A DNA stretch of 32,342 nucleotides from Kiritimatiellia bacterium (GCA_040767085.1 JAXGPF010000021.1:1-32342), one strand, 5' to 3'. Positions 18,344-28,467 are shown, numbered from the stretch's first letter. Numbers and translations are program-made. Notes: generated by a model not told the origin, from the sequence alone.

Positions 18344-20200
18344 TTAAAGCGGCCCCAATCCCAGCACATGCAAGGCGGCGCCGATTTTACCCAGGGGCGC
18401 CGATACCTGCAGCCCCTGTACCGCGCCGGCCAGGCGGTCGCGCATTTCGCAGGCAATGGCCGCGCCTTCATGCAATCCTTCCTCCTTGGTCTGGCAGCGC
18501 GCCATGCGCGACAGGATTGCCGGCGGAACGATGACGCCGGGCACGTGTTGATTCATGAACTCGGCGTTGCGCAGCGAAGTCAGCGGATAGATCCCTGCAA
18601 TCACCGGAATCTGGCGCGGGTACCGGCGGATGCGCTCCAGGAAACGCAACAGGGCATCCGGATCGAAAACCGGCTGGGTGATGGCGAATTCCGCTCCCGC
18701 GTCAACCTTGGCGTAAAACCGCTCGATTTCCCGCTCCATTTCCAGCGCCAGAGGATTGGCGCCCACTCCGACCAGCATGGCGGCCGGGGGGTCGATGGGG
18801 TGCCCCGCCGCATCGCAGCCGGCATTCAAATTCGCCGCCAGCCGGCACAGGCCGATCGAGTCCAGGTCAAACACGCCCGTGGCATCCGGGTAATCGCCCA
18901 GCTTGGGCGGATCGCCGGTAATCAAAAGCCAATTGCGCAAACCCAGCGCCTGCGCGCCCAGCCAATCCGCCTGCATGCCGATCAAGTTGCGATCCCGGCA
19001 GCAATAATGCGGCAGGCATTCCATGCCGGTTTCCCGGCTGGCCAGCAGGGCGGCAATGATGACCGAAATCCGCGCGCTGGCGCGCGGACCATCCGGCAGG
19101 TTAACCGCATCCACGCCGGCAGCCCGGCAGCGCCGGCAACGCTCCAGGAAAACCGGCACCCCGCCGGCGGCCCGGGGCGGCAGGATTTCCACCAGGCGCA
19201 CAGGCGCGCCGGAAGCCAGCTTGGCGCCCAGGGCCGATTTTTCCGCCAGCGGCACAGCCGTACGGCGCTCCGCGCCGCCCGGCAGAGTAACGGCGGCAAT
19301 GCGGGCATGTTCCTTGACGCCGCTCAACGATTTCACGGCGCGGGCGGCCATGCGCAGATGCGCCGGCGTGGTGCCGCAGCAGCCCCCCACGCCGCGCGCG
19401 CCCAACTCGACATAGCGCTTGGCGAATTCCGTGAAATATTCCGGGCTGTTGAGATACAGGATGCGGCCGCCGATTTCATTGCCGCCGCCGGCATTCGGCA
19501 TGACCACCACCGGTTTGGCGGTATTTTTTAAAACACGCTGCAACGGGTAAAATATTTCCGACGGCCCCATGCCGCAGTTCAGCCCGATTAAATCCACGTT
19601 GCCATCCGCATCCAGCATGGCGGCCCAGGCGGCCTCCCGCGATTCGCCGGCCTGATCCGCCGGGCCTCCCCGGGGCACAAACGACGCCAGCACCGGCAAC
19701 CCGCGCCGCGCCGCGGCCTGCGCGGCCAGTTGCAATTCCCGGCAGTCGCGGAAGGTCTCCATCACCGCCAGGTCCACCCCCGCGCCGGCCAGGGCGGCGA
19801 GTTGCTCGTCAAAAGCCGCTGCTAAATGCGGCTGCAATTCATCCGTAAAAGGTTGATCGGCATGCAGACATGGCCCTACGGAACCGGCGATGTACACCGG
19901 CGCTTCACCCGCCGCCCGGCGCGCCAGGGCGACCGCGGCGCGGTTGATTTCCCCCACCCGGTCCGCCAGGCCAAAACCGGCCAATTTCATGCGATTGGCG
20001 CCAAAGCTGTTGGTTTCAATGACATCCACGCCGGCATCCACGTATTCGCGGTGGATGCCCAGGATCAAGTCCGGCTGGGTCAGGCATAATTCATCGTAAC
20101 AGGCGTTCAGAAAAACGCCGCGCTGGTAAATCATGGTGCCCATGGCGCCATCAAAGATCAGCGGTTGTTTTTTGATGCGTTCCAACAACGGCGATAACAC
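18344..20200 (-). CDS. yitJ: Bifunctional homocysteine S-methyltransferase / methylenetetrahydrofolate reductase
   Basis: FDGAMGT, ETNSFGAN, METF, GLNC, PNAG, GGCCGTTP (Zn-binding HMT); NLPDGP, CRDRN, ITGDPP, ITQPVFD (MTHFR). GGAGGG precedes the in-frame GTG at 20200, a better start than the track's 20284. Confidence 0.93.
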   Translation of the reverse strand: MLSPLLERIKKQPLIFDGAMGTMIYQRGVFLNACYDELCLTQPDLILGIHREYVDAGVDVIETNSFGANRMKLAGFGLADRVGEINRAAVALARRAAGEAPVYIAGSVGPCLHADQPFTDELQPHLAAAFDEQLAALAGAGVDLAVMETFRDCRELQLAAQAAARRGLPVLASFVPRGGPADQAGESREAAWAAMLDADGNVDLIGLNCGMGPSEIFYPLQRVLKNTAKPVVVMPNAGGGNEIGGRILYLNSPEYFTEFAKRYVELGARGVGGCCGTTPAHLRMAARAVKSLSGVKEHARIAAVTLPGGAERRTAVPLAEKSALGAKLASGAPVRLVEILPPRAAGGVPVFLERCRRCRAAGVDAVNLPDGPRASARISVIIAALLASRETGMECLPHYCCRDRNLIGMQADWLGAQALGLRNWLLITGDPPKLGDYPDATGVFDLDSIGLCRLAANLNAGCDAAGHPIDPPAAMLVGVGANPLALEMEREIERFYAKVDAGAEFAITQPVFDPDALLRFLERIRRYPRQIPVIAGIYPLTSLRNAEFMNQHVPGVIVPPAILSRMARCQTKEEGLHEGAAIACEMRDRLAGAVQGLQVSAPLGKIGAALHVLGLGPL

Positions 20201-20400
20201 TTGACCCTCCGCTTGCGCAGGTATTTGGATAAGATTTGCGCTAACAATATCACGATCAGGATAATTTAAAAGCGAAAAGTCCATGGCCGACTGCCCGATC
20301 CTTTATGAACGTCTAAAGATTGTTTCGGGCACGGCAATATGTTATGTTATTCATATCTGCAAAAGACGTGTTCTCAAAACCAAGCATCCAGGCACATCCG

Positions 20401-21474
20401 ATGACCAAAATTGCCAAGCTCGACCGTAACATGCAAATCCAAAAGGCTGCCGACAATCTAACCTGGCGCGATGTACGGCAATGGGGCGTCGAAGGCAAGG
20501 GTTGGTCGAACACGGAGGGATATTTCGACCGCCTGCCCCGCGCCGCCCGTAAAATCGTCCGGCCGCCGGTATGGGAACTCTCGCAAATGAGCGCCGGCCT
20601 GGCCGTGCGCTTCGAAACGAATGCGCCGGCAATTTCCGTGCGTTACCAGGTCACAAAACCAGATCAGTTTTTTGCCCACATGGCGCCGACCGCTCACAGC
20701 GGCGCGGACTTGTACGGACGCGATGCCGCCGGAGTCTGGCGCTGGGTGGGGATTGCCCGCCCGGCCAAGTTTCCCGTGGAAGTGGCGATGATCAGCGGAC
20801 TGGACGGTGATCCGCGCGAGTACATGCTTTACCTGCCGCTTTATAATGGCGTTCAGACCATGGAAATCGGCGTGCCCGCCGATGCGGCATTCAAGGGCCT
20901 GCGGCCGCGCGCCGCGCGGCCGATGGTGTTTTACGGCACTTCCATTCTGCAGGGCGGGTGCGCGTCCCGGCCCGGCATGGTCTGGACTTCGATTCTCGGG
21001 CGCTGGTTCGATATGCCGACCGTCAATCTCGGATTTTCCGGCAATGGCCGGATGGATCTGGAACTGGCGCGCCTCCTCGCGCAGATCGATGCCCGGATTT
21101 ATGTTCTGGATTGCCTGCCCAACATGCAGGCGCAAGACGTACTGGACCGCGCGGAAAAATTCATCAAAATCCTGCGCCGGGCGCGCCGCCAAACCCCGAT
21201 CCTGTTGGTGGAAGACCGCACTTTTGCCAATGCGCCCTTCCAGGCCAACTGGCGCAAGCGGCATGCGCAATCCCGCCGGGCCCTGCAGGAGGTTTACGGC
21301 AAGTTGCTTGCCGCTGGCATCCCGCACCTGCATTACGCCACCGGCGCCGATCTGTTCGGCGGCGATGGCGAGGCCACCGTGGACGGGTCGCATGCCACCG
21401 ACCTGGGATTCTACCGCCAGGCGCGCGCATTGCAGCCGGTCTTAAGCGGCATCCTGGAGGATACGCCGGCGTAA
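20401..21474 (+). CDS. SGNH/GDSL hydrolase with N-terminal domain (acetylesterase-like)
   Basis: FYGTSILQG (Ser), NLGFSGNG, LDCLPN, DGSHATDLG (Asp/His). Confidence 0.88.
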   Translation: MTKIAKLDRNMQIQKAADNLTWRDVRQWGVEGKGWSNTEGYFDRLPRAARKIVRPPVWELSQMSAGLAVRFETNAPAISVRYQVTKPDQFFAHMAPTAHSGADLYGRDAAGVWRWVGIARPAKFPVEVAMISGLDGDPREYMLYLPLYNGVQTMEIGVPADAAFKGLRPRAARPMVFYGTSILQGGCASRPGMVWTSILGRWFDMPTVNLGFSGNGRMDLELARLLAQIDARIYVLDCLPNMQAQDVLDRAEKFIKILRRARRQTPILLVEDRTFANAPFQANWRKRHAQSRRALQEVYGKLLAAGIPHLHYATGADLFGGDGEATVDGSHATDLGFYRQARALQPVLSGILEDTPA

Positions 21475-21589
21475 TAATCTGGGCGCTGGGTTTGGAATAT
21501 GACGCCGGGGAAACCGGCTTGTCCGGCTGATGTCTTTCCGCCGGGCGCCCGCAGTCAAGCATGCCGAAATCATTCAAACGAGGAATCAT

Positions 21590-23236
21590 ATGCGCACAAC
21601 AATTCCATCGGTCGAAGAAAGCATCCCGCGGCGGACGTTTGCAAAGCGCGCGGGCGCCTTGACTGCGGCGCTGCTTTTGATCGGCGCCGCCGGCAATCTA
21701 TCCGCCGGCACACGGGTCGTGCTCCTGGGCACATCGGGCGGGCCGACTTGGTGGCCGGACTCGCAGCGCATGGGCATATCCTCTGCGCTGGTCGTGCAAG
21801 ACACCAACGCCAACGATCATATTTACGTGATCGACCTGGGTCCCGGAGCCTCCCAGCGTCTGGCCGAAGCGTTTAATGCAGGAACCTATACCAACTTCGG
21901 CGGGGTTGACGTTCAGACCGGCTACTCGTCGTTTCTCAAGCAGGTGAGAGCGCTTTTCTTTACGCACTTGCACATGGATCACACCGCGGATTTCCCCACG
22001 CTGCTGCTGTGCGGCCAAGGGGCCGGACTGCTCGCCTACCCGGACAGCGAGGCCGACAAGCGCCTGCAGGTATTCGGCCCCGGCCGGCGCGGACAGTTGG
22101 ATGATATCTACCCGCCGGGGCGGACGAATGTCCCGCCAACCCTGAACCCGTTAAATCCCACGCCGGGCACCATGGAAATGATGCAGTATCTGTTGCCGGC
22201 ATATGCGCAGACCATCAACAATTTCACCAGGGACAGCGGCTGGTCGGATTTTTCGAAGCTGCTCAGCATGCATGATATCCCTTTCCCCCAACTGCCCCGG
22301 GCCGACTATCCGATCGATCCGCAAACGGGCCAGGCGCGCAATACCGCGCCCTGGCCGGAGATGGACCCGATTTTCGTTTATCAGGACGAGTTTGTCAGAG
22401 TGACCGCCACGCTCGGCGACCACGGCCCGGTCTACCCGAATTTTGCATACCGGTTCGACACCGCCGATGGGTCGGTCGTGTTTTCGGGCGACACGGGGTA
22501 CCCCTGCACCAACCTTATCCGCCTGGCGCAGGGCGCCGATATCATGGTCCACGAGGTCATTGACCAGGCTTTTATCGACAACCTCTTCCCGCCCCCGCTC
22601 ACCCCGGTAATGGCGGCGATGAAATATCATCTCGAGTCGTCCCACACCTCCATCACCAATGTCGGCAAACAGGCGGCCGCGGCGAATGTCGGCACGCTGG
22701 TGCTCAACCACATCGTCCCGGCCAATACGGCGGCGGCGCGCTTGCAGCAGGCACAACAAAATTTTGCCGGCACTTTGATTGTCGGCAGCGACCTGACGGA
22801 AATCCCGGTCGGCGCGCCGTCCAACCTTGCCCGGCCGGTGGCGGCCGATTTTGACGGCGATGCCAAGGCCGATCCGGCGACCGCAGCATCCGGCGACTGG
22901 TACGCCTGGCTGTCGGCCGACGCGTATGCGCGCAGCGGCCCTTACCAGATCGGCGGGGCGGGCCTCACCCCGTGCGCCGCTGATTTCGACGGCGACCGCC
23001 TGGCCGACCCGGCGGTTTACTCCGCGGCCAGCGGAGATTGGACGGTGATGTTCTCCGCCACCGGCTATGCGCCCATGTCATTTCCCGGGTTTTTGGGCGG
23101 GATCGGGTTTGCGGCGGCGCCGGCCGATTTTGACGGAGACGGACTGGGCGACCCGGCGGTTTACCGCGCCGCGACCGGCGAATGGCGCGCACGGCTGTCC
23201 GCGTCCGGCTACACGGAGGTCAGTGTTATTTTTTGA
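21590..23236 (+). CDS. Tat-exported MBL-fold hydrolase (RNase Z/AtsA-like) with C-terminal FG-GAP/VCBS-like repeats
   Basis: GAGGA RBS; PRRTFAK twin-arginine signal; LLGTSGGP, THLHMDH, FSGDT, VHE, SHT, LNH; three ADFDGDxxxDPA repeats. Confidence 0.85.
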   Translation: MRTTIPSVEESIPRRTFAKRAGALTAALLLIGAAGNLSAGTRVVLLGTSGGPTWWPDSQRMGISSALVVQDTNANDHIYVIDLGPGASQRLAEAFNAGTYTNFGGVDVQTGYSSFLKQVRALFFTHLHMDHTADFPTLLLCGQGAGLLAYPDSEADKRLQVFGPGRRGQLDDIYPPGRTNVPPTLNPLNPTPGTMEMMQYLLPAYAQTINNFTRDSGWSDFSKLLSMHDIPFPQLPRADYPIDPQTGQARNTAPWPEMDPIFVYQDEFVRVTATLGDHGPVYPNFAYRFDTADGSVVFSGDTGYPCTNLIRLAQGADIMVHEVIDQAFIDNLFPPPLTPVMAAMKYHLESSHTSITNVGKQAAAANVGTLVLNHIVPANTAAARLQQAQQNFAGTLIVGSDLTEIPVGAPSNLARPVAADFDGDAKADPATAASGDWYAWLSADAYARSGPYQIGGAGLTPCAADFDGDRLADPAVYSAASGDWTVMFSATGYAPMSFPGFLGGIGFAAAPADFDGDGLGDPAVYRAATGEWRARLSASGYTEVSVIF

Positions 23237-24011
23237 CCTCGTCCAGGATCCCGGCAAACGCCTCCACGCATTGCGCGTCCCATTTGGCGCCGGCATGCTT
23301 GCACAAGACGGCCAGGGCGGCGGTCTGTTCCATGCCTTTCTGGTAGGGACGGTCGGTGGTCATGGCGTCAAAGCCGTCCGCAACCGCGATGATTTTAGCG
23401 CCCAACGGAATTTCATCCGCTTTCAGGCGGCGCGGGTATCCCTGGCCGTCCGGCCGTTCATGGTGGCAATGGATGAATTCGATCGCCGGACCGAGGAAGT
23501 CCAGGTCCTGCAGTATCTCCGCGCCGACCGCGGGATGCTGCATGATCCGCGCCACTACTTCCGGCGGATTGCGCGCCGTGTGGGGTTGGAACAACTGGTC
23601 CGGAAAACCGATCTTGCCGATATCATGCAGCATGCCCGCCAAATGCACGTATTGCACCATCGCGGCGTCGAGCCCCATGCTGATCGCGGTCAGGCGCGAC
23701 CATTCGCCCACCCGTTCCGCGTGGCCTTCGGTGTAAGCGTCGCGCGCGGCCAGGGCGTGGGCCATGGCGGACACCGTGCCAATCGTGGTTTGGCGCAGGC
23801 GTTCATTCAAGGCCCGCAATTCGCGCACCAAAAGGTCCAGTTTGTACTCGCGCGCTTCAACCTTGACCATCATCAGGCCCATGGCCTCGGCAATCGAACG
23901 CACCGGCTCCGCCACGCCAGCGCCGGTCAGGGGCATGATGTCGTTGGAATAATTGCCGGCAGCGACTTCCTTGATGAGTGCCAGGAGTTTTTTCAGTTCA
24001 GAGTTGGGCAT
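23226..24011 (-). CDS. HD-GYP domain (c-di-GMP phosphodiesterase-like) protein
   Basis: ARDAYTEGHAERV, LHDIGKIG, HHERPDGQGYP, IIAVADGFDAMTTDRPY; HAMP-like/coiled-coil N-terminus. Confidence 0.92.
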   Translation of the reverse strand: MPNSELKKLLALIKEVAAGNYSNDIMPLTGAGVAEPVRSIAEAMGLMMVKVEAREYKLDLLVRELRALNERLRQTTIGTVSAMAHALAARDAYTEGHAERVGEWSRLTAISMGLDAAMVQYVHLAGMLHDIGKIGFPDQLFQPHTARNPPEVVARIMQHPAVGAEILQDLDFLGPAIEFIHCHHERPDGQGYPRRLKADEIPLGAKIIAVADGFDAMTTDRPYQKGMEQTAALAVLCKHAGAKWDAQCVEAFAGILDEVKK

Positions 24012-24026
24012 GGCGTGTTTCCCTCT

Positions 24027-26630
24027 TCAATCCGCGGTGAACAACAAGGCGCCGCCCGGCGCCCGGCGCAAATTTCCTGCACGCGGCAAACGGCAATCGG
24101 ACAGGCCGGGTCCGGATACGCGCCAGGTGCCCGCGCCGGCGCGTTCCATGGCGTACAAAGGCCGGCGGCCGCGCGTCGCATAAAAAAGACTGGCAAAAGT
24201 CAACACGCAACCGCTGGCCGGCCGGCGGTAAACCTGGTTCATTTTTTGAATCGGCGGGCGCGCATGCGGGTAAATTTCCGGAACCAGTTCCGCGCGCCAG
24301 TTGGCATTGCAGTACGCGCCCAGTTGGACGGCCGGCGCCGGATCGTAATGCACGAAAAACCGGCGTTCCGCCTGCATACAGACGCCCAAACCCTCGTTTT
24401 CAAGGTGCAGCCGGCCGAGCATGTTCCATTGGCAGCGCACTTCCGCCAGATCCGGCCGCCCCACGCGCACCGTGTCCGCCACCAGGAAAAACCGGCCCTT
24501 GATCCATAAAATCGAACGGCGCCATTCCCCGCCGGCCATCCCCGGCAAAACGCTTTGCACGAAGGCGGTCCGGGAGTTTTCCCGGCAGCAACGCAAGACG
24601 CACAAGTTGGGATAGGCGGCGAATTTTCCGTCCGCCTGCACAAATTGGACCAGGTTGTGGTCTTCCGGACCGGTCTGGCGCGTGCGGTAAGCGTCGGCGA
24701 CGCCCATTTTGCGGTCCGCCTTGCCATAGCTGTTATCCACCAGCCAGATGCGATCCAGGTGATTGAGCCGGATGATGGAATTCTGGTCGCGATGCGCATG
24801 CCCCGCGCTCGGGTAGGAAAATCCTTCCAGTAAAAGGTACTGCGCCCCGCCGGACCATGCCTCGCGCATGGCCAGTTTGTCGTATGCCAAGTCCGGCGGC
24901 ACCGCGGGCCCATACTGCCGGCGGATATGCTCGTCGAGGGGCATGATCGCCACCTGGGGCAGAGCCGGCGGCCGGTTCCGCGGAAACTGGCGCCGGCATC
25001 CCGGCAGCCAGGCGGTGGTTGACGGCAAGTCCCGCGAAATCGGTTTGGGCAGGGCCCGGCGAATATAGTCGGCCGTCCATGACAAGCTGGCATCCCCGCT
25101 CCGCGCGGCCGCCGCATCCAGGAAGGCGGCGCCCAGTCCCCCGCCGCTGACCGGCGCGCCGGCATCGCCGAAATCGGACGGATACCCGAAGTTGTCCGTG
25201 CTGATGACGATATTGCGGGCAACCATGGCCATCCGCCCGTTGACGGTGAAATGACGGCGGCCGGTGGCGCGGTCATAAACAAGTTTATGGGCCGGCACCA
25301 GCCATTGATACATGTTGGCATTTTCCCTGTACTTGAAGTAATTTTCCATCTGCGGGCAGTTGAAACATTCCCGCGCGGTCCGCAGCCATGCGCGCGCCGC
25401 CGGCCAACGATGATGTTCGTCGAAATAACGGCCGGCGAAAAACAGCGTCAGCGCGCCGAAAGTCTCATGGTTATGGCGCAGGACGCCGGGCAAGGTCGGC
25501 CAGCGCGCCGCCTTGTAGCCGGCGCACATTTCCGCCGTTGCCAGCAGCAGATTGTCGTAAACCAGGCGTTCCTCCGGTGTCACCGGCAGATGTTCGGCCA
25601 GCAATTCCCAGTTGGCGATCATACGGCCGGCGTAAAACTCAATATCCGACGGGATGCTGGCCCCGCCCGGGGTTTGCGTAAAATAATCCAGCATGGCGCG
25701 CAGCATGGCCAGGAATAATTTCAGGTAATCCGGATCGCCGGTGCGGCTGAAGATATCCGCGGCCGTATTGGCCAGGATCAAGGGATAAACATTATAGCGA
25801 TCCGCCGCCTTGCCGCCGCTGTCAAAATCCGCTGCGGCGAGCGCCGCCAGGCTGGCCGTAGTGCGGGGCGGACGCGCCCGCCGGTTCCGGTACGGCCGGA
25901 GCCGGTTCAGTTCCGCCAGCACGCGCGCCTTGTCGCGCAGGGCGGGGAAAGTGCCTGGGAGGCATTGCACCTGCCAGACCGGTTCCGGCAGCGCGATGCC
26001 GCCGTCAATTCGCCGGGCCTGCCGGTGCAACGCGCGCAGCGCCGCGTCAGCCCGGCGCGGACCGCAGCAGATTTGCACCAGGTTGCCGCCCAGGTTGCCC
26101 GGGTTGTGCAGCGTCCGGAGCAGCCACCCGCGCGGCCCCGGCAATTGGGCGTCGGCATCCAGGCGGCAGGCGTCCGCCCAGGCAGCGGCGGCGCGGTTTT
26201 CATGCGCGCCGCCCAGCATGATGACATTGCCGCGGCGGAGCAGGCTGGAATGGAATTCCAGATCGGGTAGCAGCCGCGGCGGAACGCCGGCGGCGCTCAG
26301 CCAATCCGCCAGCGCGCGCGCCAAACGGCGGTAATGCGGCGCCGGCGGCACGCAGATTGCCAGGCAAGCACGGTCCGGCGCCGCCAGGCGGGTTTGGCGG
26401 CATGAGCGGGGCAAATTTCCCAGCGCAAGGCTGGGGAACGGGAATTGCCCGCGTGCCCGCAGATATTCATCCAGGGCGGCGTCGCCGGCGCGCCGCCAAA
26501 GGCGCTTTTCCGCGGGGGTCAGGTCCACAACGGTCGGCTCGCGGTTGGTCCAGACCGGGTATTGGCCAATGTGTTTGCGTAAATTGACTCTCCGGGCGGC
26601 GTAAAGCGAAGCCAATGACAATGTTGACAT
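24027..26630 (-). CDS. Heparinase II/III-like (oligo/polysaccharide lyase-like) protein
   Basis: 867 aa; helical region with HNHET; C-terminal GHAHRDQNSII...WLVD and HNLV, then WRRSILWIKGRFFLVAD, typical of Hepar_II_III; no signal peptide. Confidence 0.6.
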   Translation of the reverse strand: MSTLSLASLYAARRVNLRKHIGQYPVWTNREPTVVDLTPAEKRLWRRAGDAALDEYLRARGQFPFPSLALGNLPRSCRQTRLAAPDRACLAICVPPAPHYRRLARALADWLSAAGVPPRLLPDLEFHSSLLRRGNVIMLGGAHENRAAAAWADACRLDADAQLPGPRGWLLRTLHNPGNLGGNLVQICCGPRRADAALRALHRQARRIDGGIALPEPVWQVQCLPGTFPALRDKARVLAELNRLRPYRNRRARPPRTTASLAALAAADFDSGGKAADRYNVYPLILANTAADIFSRTGDPDYLKLFLAMLRAMLDYFTQTPGGASIPSDIEFYAGRMIANWELLAEHLPVTPEERLVYDNLLLATAEMCAGYKAARWPTLPGVLRHNHETFGALTLFFAGRYFDEHHRWPAARAWLRTARECFNCPQMENYFKYRENANMYQWLVPAHKLVYDRATGRRHFTVNGRMAMVARNIVISTDNFGYPSDFGDAGAPVSGGGLGAAFLDAAAARSGDASLSWTADYIRRALPKPISRDLPSTTAWLPGCRRQFPRNRPPALPQVAIMPLDEHIRRQYGPAVPPDLAYDKLAMREAWSGGAQYLLLEGFSYPSAGHAHRDQNSIIRLNHLDRIWLVDNSYGKADRKMGVADAYRTRQTGPEDHNLVQFVQADGKFAAYPNLCVLRCCRENSRTAFVQSVLPGMAGGEWRRSILWIKGRFFLVADTVRVGRPDLAEVRCQWNMLGRLHLENEGLGVCMQAERRFFVHYDPAPAVQLGAYCNANWRAELVPEIYPHARPPIQKMNQVYRRPASGCVLTFASLFYATRGRRPLYAMERAGAGTWRVSGPGLSDCRLPRAGNLRRAPGGALLFTAD

Positions 26631-26684
26631 GTAAACATTCTACCCGGTCAACGAAGCCGCGCAAGTATAAATCATCCGGCAAGG

Positions 26685-27494
26685 TCAACCTGTCCGGACG
26701 GCATCGGGCAAGTTTGTGATTTCCAGCATGATCCGCCGGGCGCGGCCTGAGACTTCGAGGTGGCGGTTCACAAATGCCCCCAGCAATTCCAGCACCGCCA
26801 GGCGCTGCCGCGGGGTACTGCGCATCCGGCGCGCCACATCCCAGGCTCCGGCGCCTTGCCAGAATCCCAGCACGGCCAGCACATCCGGCGCCAGCCGCAT
26901 ACTGTCCGCCGGCGCGCGCGCCGACTGGCACGCGGGGCACAAAATACCGCCATGGGCGGGCGAAAAAAAACAACCGCGCGCCGCCGGTTCTGCCGCGGCG
27001 CGCGCGAACGGCCACGAGGCGCGGCAACCCTGGCAGGTCCGCAAGCCCGGCCCCACCCCGCCCATTTCCAGCAGCCGCAATTCGAACCAGGGCAGCAGCG
27101 CTTCAGCGGACATGGGACTGTCAAGGGCTTCCAAAGCGGTATCCAGCAATTGAAATCCTTCCGGATGCGGCGCTTGCGCCGGCAGCCAGTTGGCGATCAA
27201 ATCCGCGAAGTAGGAAGCGCAGGCGGCGGCTTTCCAATTGCTGCGCAAGTGCGGCCGCGGCGTGAGCAGGCAGCATTCGCGGGCAATGTGCAGCGCCGAT
27301 TCCCAGCGCGGGTAAAACAGCAATTCGGAAAGACAAAACAGGTCGTATTGCCCTCTGAAAACGCTGTCGCGCCGCAAGGCGCCCTTGATCATGGTGACGA
27401 TTTTGCCATGTTCGGAGGTCAGCCAGGTGACCACCTGCGAAGTTTCCGAAAACGGCACGATCCGCAAAACCAGGGCCTTGGTCGTAATAATCAT
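26685..27494 (-). CDS. recO: DNA repair protein RecO
   Basis: MIITTKALVLRIVPFSETSQVVTWLT..HGKI..IKGA; FELRLL; CxxC...CxxC Zn finger; GAGG RBS. Confidence 0.93.
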   Translation of the reverse strand: MIITTKALVLRIVPFSETSQVVTWLTSEHGKIVTMIKGALRRDSVFRGQYDLFCLSELLFYPRWESALHIARECCLLTPRPHLRSNWKAAACASYFADLIANWLPAQAPHPEGFQLLDTALEALDSPMSAEALLPWFELRLLEMGGVGPGLRTCQGCRASWPFARAAAEPAARGCFFSPAHGGILCPACQSARAPADSMRLAPDVLAVLGFWQGAGAWDVARRMRSTPRQRLAVLELLGAFVNRHLEVSGRARRIMLEITNLPDAVRTG

Positions 27495-27510
27495 GGCGGA
27501 CGCCTCAGGG

Positions 27511-28191
27511 CTAATCGTCCCGCAGCCATTCATCCAGGCGGTCGAGCAGCGTCTTGCCGGGCTCGTCGGTTTTGCCGGGCAGGACCGCGCCGGCGGAAAA
27601 AATCATTTTCATGGCATCCTGCAAGCCGATGTCCAAAAAGATGACATCGCCGCGCGGCACCATCAGGAAGAACCCCGTAGTCGGATTGGGGGCGGTTGGA
27701 ACAAATACGCACAGAACGCCGGCGGACGAATCCTGGCCGATCGGCAATTGTTCCGCCACCCCGCGGTTAAGTTCCGCGGTCATGAAACCGATGGAATACA
27801 ACCCGGCGCGCGGAAACTGCACCGCCACCACCTGCTTGAACAGGGTGCGCCGGGAATTGACGACCGATTCGCTGACCTGACGCAGGGCTAAATACAATGT
27901 TTTCACAATGGGGATGCGCGTCAGGATGCCGTCGCCCAGCCGGTAGAGATGCCGTCCGATGAAATTGCGGGCCAGGAGCCCGATCAGGTAAAGGGCGCTG
28001 AAAACCAGCAACAAGGCCAGCATGCGGTAAAAAATGCTGTGTTCGGTTTGCAGCCATTCCCGCGGCACAAGGTAGTTGGTCAGGTATCTGAACAAAAACT
28101 GCACAATCCAGAGGGTCACTGCCAGCGGGGTGATCAGAATCAGCCCCACCAGGATGTTGGCCCGCACGGATTTCGTAAATCGCTGCCACAT
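27511..28191 (-). CDS. DUF502 family membrane protein
   Basis: GLILITPLAVT, RIPIVKTLY, VQFPRAG, VFVPTAPNPTTGF, AMKMIFSAG; AGGAG RBS before ATG 28191. Confidence 0.9.
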   Translation of the reverse strand: MWQRFTKSVRANILVGLILITPLAVTLWIVQFLFRYLTNYLVPREWLQTEHSIFYRMLALLLVFSALYLIGLLARNFIGRHLYRLGDGILTRIPIVKTLYLALRQVSESVVNSRRTLFKQVVAVQFPRAGLYSIGFMTAELNRGVAEQLPIGQDSSAGVLCVFVPTAPNPTTGFFLMVPRGDVIFLDIGLQDAMKMIFSAGAVLPGKTDEPGKTLLDRLDEWLRDD

Positions 28192-28245
28192 GTTTTCGCC
28201 CTCTCCTATCAACGCGCACCCAACCGCCATCGCCAATCCATGCAA

Positions 28246-28274
28246 AACATACAACAGGCGGATTAAAAAGTAAA
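28246..28274 (-). promoter_or_regulatory. Putative sigma70 promoter for DUF502-recO
   Basis: Minus strand TTTACT-17 bp-TATGTT in an AT-rich intergenic patch. Confidence 0.35.
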
Positions 28275-28467
28275 GCCGCGGCAGTGCGGGGGGCCGGCGG
28301 CGGCAGCGGGTCACGGTGTAAGCGTCCAACCCCGGACCGCCCTGGATTTTTCGTGCCCGCATTGCCGCCGTATTTTGCTTGTAGAAACGGGAGGGAATTG
28401 CTAAAAATAAAGCAAATTTGTTTAAAGACGCGTCTGCGCTGCAGGCGCCTTCCAGATGAGGAACGAT

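Noticed and set aside
18257-19531. 424-aa plus-strand ORF
   Set aside because: Antisense to yitJ, which carries all conserved motifs.
20307-20371. MetJ boxes (GAACGTCT, AGACGTGT) near yitJ
   Set aside because: Isolated rather than tandem 8-mers, and MetJ is essentially gammaproteobacterial.
23067-24509. 480-aa plus-strand ORF
   Set aside because: Overlaps HD-GYP and the lyase-like gene on the opposite strand; no recognisable domain.
28192-28467. Attenuator leader peptide or T-box upstream of ilvD
   Set aside because: No Ile/Leu/Val-rich short ORF, T-box sequence or terminator is visible.
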